This document shows, one piece after another, positions 57,912 to 64,000 of a stretch of 64,000 nucleotides of DNA. The notes below the pieces were generated by a model. That model worked only from the letters and a program-made list of their open reading frames with translations. It searched no databases and was not told the origin of the DNA. The position numbers and the translations under genes are program-made. The stretch's first letter is position 1; the number at the start of each line of letters is the position of its first letter. The stretch is taken from the NCBI GenBank assembly GCA_050011565.1, contig JBEKIW010000001.1, positions 640,207 through 704,206 on the forward strand, in the 5' to 3' direction. This DNA comes from Dehalococcoidia bacterium. GTDB lineage: Bacteria; Chloroflexota; Dehalococcoidia; GIF9; UBA5629.

Positions 57912-59119
57912 AAATGGTCTCATTAGAAGAAATAAAAGAGATTAGCGTAGTCTCAGCATCTAAAATAGTGATGCTGGTTATCGATGGCCTCGGTGGGCTA
58001 CCGGATGCTAAGACCGGCCATACCGAATTAGAAACAGCCCACACCCCTTATCTTGACCAGCTGGCTAAGAAAAGCATATGCGGACTCATCGATCCGGTAA
58101 GTCCGGGAATCACACCGGGAAGTGGACCCGGGCATCTGGCATTATTTGGCTACGACCCATTAAAATTTAGCATTGGGCGGGGAGTTCTTGAAGCACTGGG
58201 TATCGATTTTGAACTGACCAAAAATGACGTAGCCGCTAGAGGCAATTTTTGCACCGTTGATGACGACGGATTAATCACCGACCGCAGAGCCGGCCGCATT
58301 GCAACGGAGAAATGCGCTGGACTGTGTAAGCTGCTGGGCCAAATCAAATTAGAAGGAGTTGAGCTTTTTGTCTTACCAGTCAAAGAACATCGATTTTCAT
58401 TTGTCTTACGCGGCAAAGATTTGCGTGCTGAACTCAACGATACCGACCCACAAAGGTCAGGATTAGCTCCCTATCCAGCTAAGTACCTGAAAATAATAGC
58501 CAAGCATACGGCTGACATTGTAAATGAGTTTATTAGCAAGTCTAAAGGAATCTTAGCAAAAAATCATCCAGCCAATATGATTTTGCTCCGCGGTTTTTCT
58601 AAATTACCGGATATCCCATCTATGGGTGAAATATACAAGCTGACACCGGCAGCTATAGCCGTCTACCCCATGTATAAGGGGCTGGCTAAATTGATAGGTA
58701 TGAAAGTATTCAGGGCCGACGGTGGCATCCAGGAAGAACTCAAGATTCTAGCTGATTACTTCGACAAGCACGATTTCTTCTATGTTCACGTCAAACATGC
58801 AGACAGTGCCGGTGAAGACGGGGACTTTTCAAGGAAGGTCAAGGTTATCGAAGAGGTTGATTCCGCTCTGCCACAATTATTAAATTTGAAACCGGACGTT
58901 ATCGTCGTTACCGGCGACCATTCGACCCCGGCTGTACTGAAAGGGCACAGCTGGCATCCGGTACCTGTTTTATTATATTCTCAGTGGTGCCGGTCCGATG
59001 ATGTCAAAGAATTCTCGGAATCGGCTTGTCTTTCCGGTGGGTTGGGCAGGCTCCACGCCACGGACATCATGCCTCTGGCGATGGCTAATGCCTTAAAACT
59101 TACCAAATTTGGAGCTTGA
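57908..59119 (+). CDS. apgM: 2,3-bisphosphoglycerate-independent phosphoglycerate mutase, archaeal type
   Basis: It has MVLVIDGLGGLPD and metalloenzyme-superfamily motifs. Length is 403 aa. Confidence 0.85.
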   Translation: MKMVSLEEIKEISVVSASKIVMLVIDGLGGLPDAKTGHTELETAHTPYLDQLAKKSICGLIDPVSPGITPGSGPGHLALFGYDPLKFSIGRGVLEALGIDFELTKNDVAARGNFCTVDDDGLITDRRAGRIATEKCAGLCKLLGQIKLEGVELFVLPVKEHRFSFVLRGKDLRAELNDTDPQRSGLAPYPAKYLKIIAKHTADIVNEFISKSKGILAKNHPANMILLRGFSKLPDIPSMGEIYKLTPAAIAVYPMYKGLAKLIGMKVFRADGGIQEELKILADYFDKHDFFYVHVKHADSAGEDGDFSRKVKVIEEVDSALPQLLNLKPDVIVVTGDHSTPAVLKGHSWHPVPVLLYSQWCRSDDVKEFSESACLSGGLGRLHATDIMPLAMANALKLTKFGA

Positions 59120-59886
59120 CTGTGCGGAAACCATTAATCGCCGGCAACTGGAAAATGAATACTGTACTGGAAGAGGCCAAAAGTCTTGTTCGGGCTATAC
59201 TTAATGAGCTGGATGGCACAGACGGTGTGGAAAAAGTGCTTTGCCCGCCATTTATCTCACTGGCTGCTGTCAAGGAACTTTTAAAAGGCACTCCTGTGAA
59301 GCTCGGTGCTCAGAATATGTATTTTGAGGAAAAAGGCGCCTACACTGGCGAAATATCACCCATTATGCTCACTGATTTATGCGATTTTGTCATCCTTGGC
59401 CATTCGGAGCGCAGACAGTACTTTTTTGAAACAGACGAGATAGTCAATAAAAAAGTGAAGAAAGCTTTCGAATCTGGACTGAAACCCATTGTATGTGTCG
59501 GAGAAAGCCTGAAAGACAATGAGACCGGCAAGGCCGAACAGGTAATTGCCGGTCAGGTAAAAGCAGGCCTGGCCGGTATAAGTCCTACGAACCAACTCGT
59601 TATCGCCTATGAGCCTATCTGGGCTATCGGCACCGGCAGAGCAGCTACAGGCAAACAAGCTAACACTACCATTGGTCTGATTCGCGGTATCGTGGCTGGT
59701 CTATGGAATAGAGAAACCGCCGAAGCAGTGCGCATACTATACGGCGGCAGCGTCACCGGCAACAACATTGCGGAATTCATCGCCGAACCTGATATCGATG
59801 GTGCCCTGGTCGGCGGCGCCAGCCTTAAATCTAATGAGTTCGTGAGCATCGTCAAACAGACAGCCAACCTCAAATCAACAAGATGA
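59116..59886 (+). CDS. tpiA: Triosephosphate isomerase
   Basis: IAGNWKMN, ILGHSERR, AYEPIWAIGTG. Confidence 0.9.
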   Translation: MTVRKPLIAGNWKMNTVLEEAKSLVRAILNELDGTDGVEKVLCPPFISLAAVKELLKGTPVKLGAQNMYFEEKGAYTGEISPIMLTDLCDFVILGHSERRQYFFETDEIVNKKVKKAFESGLKPIVCVGESLKDNETGKAEQVIAGQVKAGLAGISPTNQLVIAYEPIWAIGTGRAATGKQANTTIGLIRGIVAGLWNRETAEAVRILYGGSVTGNNIAEFIAEPDIDGALVGGASLKSNEFVSIVKQTANLKSTR

Positions 59887-60818
59887 AATGCCTGGTTGCT
59901 GTTATTGGCCCGACGGCAGCAGGTAAGAGCCAACTCGCTTTACACCTGGCCCAAAAATTCCAGGGCGAGATAGTAAATGCGGATAGCCGGCAAGTTTACC
60001 GATATATGGACATCGGCACAGCCAAGTCCAGCCGTGCTGAGCTATCACTGATTCGACATCACCTTGTTGACCTGATTGACCCTGACGAATCCTTCAACCT
60101 AGCCATATATCAGAAACTGGCTTTTGAGGCCATTGAAGATATTCAACGGCGAAATAAGCTTCCTCTTCTGGTTGGCGGCAGCGGCCTGTATGTTTGGTCT
60201 GTAGTGGAAGGCTGGAAGATACCGCCGGTGCCTCCGAATGCTGAATTCAGACACGGGCTTGAGAAAAGAGCTCAAGAAAAGGGTGGCTACGCCTTGTTTC
60301 AAGAACTGCAGAAAGTGGACCCGGTGGCTGCTACCAGGATTATGCCAGGCAACCTGCGGCGCATCATAAGGGCGTTGGAGATATGCCAGAAAACCGGACG
60401 GCCTGTTTCCGAGCTATGGCAAAAACAACCACCGCCGTACCCCATTTTAATTATCGGCTTAACCATGCAGCGGGACAACCTATATCGTAGAGTTGACTCG
60501 AGGGTAGACGAGATGATAAAACAGGGGCTGGTAGACGAAGTAAAAGATTTGATAGCTAAGGGCTACAGCCTGGATTTGCCTTCCATGTCCGGTATAGGCT
60601 ATAAACAGATAGCTATGTTCATTCAAGAAGAGATGGATTTGAACACAGCTATCGAGCAGATTAAAAAGGAGACACATCGTTTTGCCCGCCATCAATATGC
60701 CTGGTTCCGGCCAGGCGACGCCAGAATTCACTGGCTCAATGAATATGATGACACACCAAGAGAGGCAGCCAATCTGGTGTCATCATTTCTGGCTGGTGTT
60801 CAACAGGAAGAAGACTAA
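59883..60818 (+). CDS. miaA: tRNA dimethylallyltransferase
   Basis: It has a P-loop (GPTAAGKS) and ADSRQVYRYMDIGTAK. Confidence 0.9.
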   Translation: MKCLVAVIGPTAAGKSQLALHLAQKFQGEIVNADSRQVYRYMDIGTAKSSRAELSLIRHHLVDLIDPDESFNLAIYQKLAFEAIEDIQRRNKLPLLVGGSGLYVWSVVEGWKIPPVPPNAEFRHGLEKRAQEKGGYALFQELQKVDPVAATRIMPGNLRRIIRALEICQKTGRPVSELWQKQPPPYPILIIGLTMQRDNLYRRVDSRVDEMIKQGLVDEVKDLIAKGYSLDLPSMSGIGYKQIAMFIQEEMDLNTAIEQIKKETHRFARHQYAWFRPGDARIHWLNEYDDTPREAANLVSSFLAGVQQEED

Positions 60819-60820
60819 TC

Positions 60821-61681
60821 ATGAATTTCACTAAATTGCAGGGTACCGGAAACGATTTCATATTCATAGATGCCCGCAACATGGAACGCGATTGGTCCAA
60901 GTTAGCTCGGGAGCTGTGCCATCGCTATTTTGGCGCAGGTGCTGATGGCCTTATTCTGGTAGCAAATTCAAATACTGCCGGCTTGAAAATGCGGCTTTTT
61001 AATTCCGATGGTTCGGAGGCTGAGGTCAGCGGCAACGGTTTGAGATGCTTTGCCAAGTACGTAATCGATAGGCAAATGGTTGCCGGGCCGAATCTGACTG
61101 TGGAAACAATGTCGGGCATCCGAACTATCGAAGCCACCGCATCTGGAGGTAAAGTGACTCATGGCAGGGTGAACATGGGCATGCCTCGCTTCAAAGCGGA
61201 AGAAATACCAGTTTCACTAGACAAGCCACAAAAGGGCAGGGGAGAAGTTGACATAATACCAATTCTAGATTATCCTTTAACTATAGGACGAAGAGGTCTG
61301 AACCTTTCATTTGTGTCGATGGGCAATCCGCATGCCGTAGTTTTTCTATCCCAGCATGTTGCTGATTTTCCTCTTTGCGCAATAGGTCCAAAAGTAGAAA
61401 ACCATCATATATTCCCGGAACGGGTGAATTTCGAGATAGCCAGGGTGTTAAAGCGAAACAAGATAGAGGCCAGGGTATGGGAGCGAGGAGTCGGTGAAAC
61501 ACTATCTTGCGGCAGCGGCGCCTGCGCCACAGCTGTAATCGCCAGAATCAAAGGTTACATAGATGATGAAGTAGACATAATGTTAGAAGGAGGCGATTTG
61601 ACCGTATACTGGAATGGTGAGGGGGAGGTATATTTGAGTGGGCCTGTTGAAGAAGTTTTTAATGGAGAGTGGCCAAGATGA
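60821..61681 (+). CDS. dapF: Diaminopimelate epimerase
   Basis: It has LQGTGNDFIFID and the two catalytic Cys regions (GNGLRCF, SCGSGAC). Confidence 0.9.
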   Translation: MNFTKLQGTGNDFIFIDARNMERDWSKLARELCHRYFGAGADGLILVANSNTAGLKMRLFNSDGSEAEVSGNGLRCFAKYVIDRQMVAGPNLTVETMSGIRTIEATASGGKVTHGRVNMGMPRFKAEEIPVSLDKPQKGRGEVDIIPILDYPLTIGRRGLNLSFVSMGNPHAVVFLSQHVADFPLCAIGPKVENHHIFPERVNFEIARVLKRNKIEARVWERGVGETLSCGSGACATAVIARIKGYIDDEVDIMLEGGDLTVYWNGEGEVYLSGPVEEVFNGEWPR

Positions 61682-62844
61682 GACTTTCTCAGCGACTTGA
61701 TAAGCTGCCACCATATCTGTTCGTAGAAATCAATAGAAAGATCGCCGAGAAGAAAGCCAGGGGAGAGGATATAATCAGCTTTGCTATTGGCGACCCAGAT
61801 ATGGCAACACCACAGCATATCATCGACGAGCTATGTAAGGCAGCCCATGACCCGGCCAATCATCGCTATCCTGAGACTGCGGGACTGCCTGAACTTTGCA
61901 TCGCTATCGCACGGTGGTATCATGACCGCTTTGGAGTCACACTTGACCCGAATAAAGAAGTATTGCCCCTCATCGGCTCTAAAGAAGGCGTCGGCCATAT
62001 ATCATTCTGCCTCATCGACCCCGGCGATATAGCTCTGGTACCAAACCCGGGATACCCCGTCTATTCCATGAGCACTTTACTTGCCGGTGGTAAGCCTTAC
62101 TTCCTGCCTCTGACTGAGAAGAATGACTTTCTGCCTGACCTGGAAAGCATTCCTAAGAGAATAGCCGAGAAGGCTAAGCTATTATGGCTAAATTATCCCA
62201 ATAATCCCACCGGAGCAGTGGCTGATATCGCTTTTTTCCAGAAGGCGGTGCATTTTGCGAAGAAAAATAACCTGGCCATATGCCACGACGCGCCTTATAC
62301 TGAAGTCGCCTTCGATGGCTACCGGCCGCCAAGCCTTATGCAAATACCGGAGGCCAGAGACGTTAGCATCGAATTCCATTCTTTGTCCAAGACTTACAAT
62401 ATGACTGGCTGGAGAATTGGCATGGCTGTAGGCAACAGCAAGATGATAGACGCTCTGTTCAGGTTCAAGTCCAACCTCGATTCGGGCATACCACAGGCCA
62501 TACAGCAAGCGGCCATCAAAGCCTTAACCGGTGCCCAGGATTTTATTGCTGAACACAATGCTATCTATCAGCGACGTCGAGACAGACTGGTTAAAGCCCT
62601 CAATGATGTAGGCTTAAGGGCCAGGCTACCTAAAGCCAGCTTCTACATCTGGGCCAGGATACCCGATGGCTATACATCAGTAGAGTTCACGACCGAATTA
62701 CTGGATAAAGCCAATGTGGCAGTCACTCCCGGAACCGGCTACGGGAGCGCCGGTGAAGGCTACGTACGTTTATCATTGACCTTGCCAGACGACCGCCTTG
62801 ATGAAGGTATAAGCCGATTAATGAAATGGCACGAGGCCAAGTAA
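61669..62844 (+). CDS. dapL: LL-diaminopimelate aminotransferase (class I aminotransferase, DapL-type)
   Basis: It has the PLP-dependent fold I, with SLSKTYNMTGWRIG including the Lys. The dapF adjacency supports DapL. Confidence 0.75.
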   Translation: MAKMRLSQRLDKLPPYLFVEINRKIAEKKARGEDIISFAIGDPDMATPQHIIDELCKAAHDPANHRYPETAGLPELCIAIARWYHDRFGVTLDPNKEVLPLIGSKEGVGHISFCLIDPGDIALVPNPGYPVYSMSTLLAGGKPYFLPLTEKNDFLPDLESIPKRIAEKAKLLWLNYPNNPTGAVADIAFFQKAVHFAKKNNLAICHDAPYTEVAFDGYRPPSLMQIPEARDVSIEFHSLSKTYNMTGWRIGMAVGNSKMIDALFRFKSNLDSGIPQAIQQAAIKALTGAQDFIAEHNAIYQRRRDRLVKALNDVGLRARLPKASFYIWARIPDGYTSVEFTTELLDKANVAVTPGTGYGSAGEGYVRLSLTLPDDRLDEGISRLMKWHEAK

Positions 62845-62871
62845 AATCAGGATGCCATAATGTTATAAACA

Positions 62872-64000
62872 ATGCGACAAAACATGCTCAAGACTCGAAT
62901 TGAAACAGAGAAAGCTTTTTTGGTTGGTGTTGATAGTAAAGCTTCTGCTGATGGATGGTCGATAGGCAGTTCTCTTGAGGAATTATCCTATTTGGCCAAA
63001 ACTGCCGGCGCTGAAGTGGTTGGCAGGTTAGTCCAGAAACTGGAAAGACCGTCTCCGACTTATTATCTGGGCAAGGGAAAGCTAGACGAGCTTATTAAGG
63101 CCAGAGAGCATTGTTCTTACAGCGTGGTTATCTTTAACGACGAACTAAAGCCCAGACAGCAAAGAAATCTCGAAGAAACCCTGGAAGTCAAGGTTATTGA
63201 CCGTACAGCACTGATTCTGGATATTTTTGCCCGGCGAGCCCAAACCCGTGAAGGTCAGCTACAGGTAGAATTAGCTCAACACCAGTATCTTCTGCCGCGC
63301 CTGGCCGGGCAGTGGAGCCATCTGGAACGTCTGGGCGGCGGCATCGGGACTAGGGGGCCCGGTGAGTCACAGTTGGAGACGGACCGTCGCTTGATACGCA
63401 AGCGAATCCAACGTCTACAGAGTCAAATCGAGGCGGTGAGACGTCATCGGGCGCTCTATCGACAAAAACGCAGGCAGAATCGTATTCCTGTAATCGCCCT
63501 AGTCGGCTATACTAACGCCGGCAAAAGCACCTTGCTCAATGCCTTGAGCCGGGCCGATGTCCTGGTTGAAGACAGGCTTTTTTCCACTCTGGACCCGGTG
63601 ACGCGTCGACTGGCTTTGCCCGATGGTAAACAGGTTCTGCTAACCGATACTGTTGGTTTTATTCATAGGCTGCCACCATTAATAGTTGCTGCCTTCAGAG
63701 CCACGCTTGAGGAATTAACCGAAGCCGACTTGTTAATACATGTAGTTGACATAACGCATAGTGATGCTGCTGAGCAGTTTCAAACGGTACTGGACATCCT
63801 GGCCGAGCTCGGCCTAGCCGACAAGCCGCAGCTAACAGTCCTGAACAAGATGGACAAAGTTTCAGGGAACCAGGAGGAAATGAACGGACTAGCTCTGGCC
63901 ACGGTTGTAAAACCACCAGACGACAATACTTTAGCTATCTCAGCGTTAAAAGGCTGGGGACTGGACAAGCTTTTGGATAGGATTGCTATACAATTTAATA
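62872..64000 (+). CDS. hflX: GTPase HflX (3'-truncated by the window end)
   Basis: It has an HflX N-domain and G-domain (GYTNAGKSTL, DTVGF). The open frame starts at the ATG at 62872 and runs to the window edge. It is absent from the ORF track because it has no stop. Confidence 0.85.
   Translation, partial: MRQNMLKTRIETEKAFLVGVDSKASADGWSIGSSLEELSYLAKTAGAEVVGRLVQKLERPSPTYYLGKGKLDELIKAREHCSYSVVIFNDELKPRQQRNLEETLEVKVIDRTALILDIFARRAQTREGQLQVELAQHQYLLPRLAGQWSHLERLGGGIGTRGPGESQLETDRRLIRKRIQRLQSQIEAVRRHRALYRQKRRQNRIPVIALVGYTNAGKSTLLNALSRADVLVEDRLFSTLDPVTRRLALPDGKQVLLTDTVGFIHRLPPLIVAAFRATLEELTEADLLIHVVDITHSDAAEQFQTVLDILAELGLADKPQLTVLNKMDKVSGNQEEMNGLALATVVKPPDDNTLAISALKGWGLDKLLDRIAIQFN

Overview
The window reads as a chromosomal segment from a Dehalococcoidia-like (Chloroflexota) genome. 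That assignment is my inference, not a search result. It rests on gene content: a cofactor-independent archaeal-type phosphoglycerate mutase, an LL-DAP aminotransferase beside dapF, pyruvate- and indolepyruvate-ferredoxin oxidoreductases, NuoE/NuoF-like genes detached from complex I, an orphan CooC-like ATPase and many sensor kinases, at roughly 50% GC.

Most of the window is dense housekeeping on both strands. Read in order it holds a 5'-truncated sppA, aroC, an aroK-aroB fusion, a UbiA prenyltransferase, an ADP-forming acyl-CoA synthetase-like protein, tgt, a lipoprotein carboxylesterase, aspS, tig-clpP, a long minus-strand run (dprA-topA-aroQ-pepP-efp-PHP-formyltransferase-HAD-PfkB), two tRNA-Ser genes, a P-type ATPase, a tRNA-Arg(CCG)-porGD-porA-porB-nuoE-nuoF-ferredoxin operon, iorAB plus an FrhB-like protein, nadB, miaB, tRNA-Ser(GCT), ybeY, gmk, aroA-tyrA, cooC-like, pgk-apgM-tpiA-miaA-dapF-dapL and the start of hflX.

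Two stretches look accessory:

- A low-GC islet at 8.8-10.55 kb carries a translationally coupled 65-aa/215-aa orphan cassette whose larger protein ends in an Rx4H (HEPN-like) motif. Just upstream of it lies a repeat/hairpin element.
- An ~11 kb region is anchored at tRNA-Pro(TGG) and delimited by three direct copies of the tRNA 3' half (32628-32672, 40713-40757, 43647-43692). That pattern indicates two tandem, integrase-less integrated modules. Module A holds a hybrid histidine kinase, a receiver protein, a GAF-domain membrane kinase and a GH3-like adenylating enzyme divergent from an ICMT-like methyltransferase. Module B holds a universal stress protein, a DUF1646-like membrane protein and a repeat beta-propeller lipoprotein broken by an in-frame TAG.

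Each downstream tRNA-half copy is preceded by a conserved hairpin plus T-tract and a TTGACT-N17-TAnnnT promoter-like sequence that resembles the tRNA-Pro promoter itself. Immediately past the island is a compact lexA / DUF4113-like (ImuB C-terminal domain) / zinc-ribbon cassette with a tandem 15-bp repeat array upstream of lexA. I found no CRISPR array, rRNA or recognisable transposase or integrase.

Coordinates in 26340-27370 may be off by 1, because the ORF track and the displayed text disagree by one base there.
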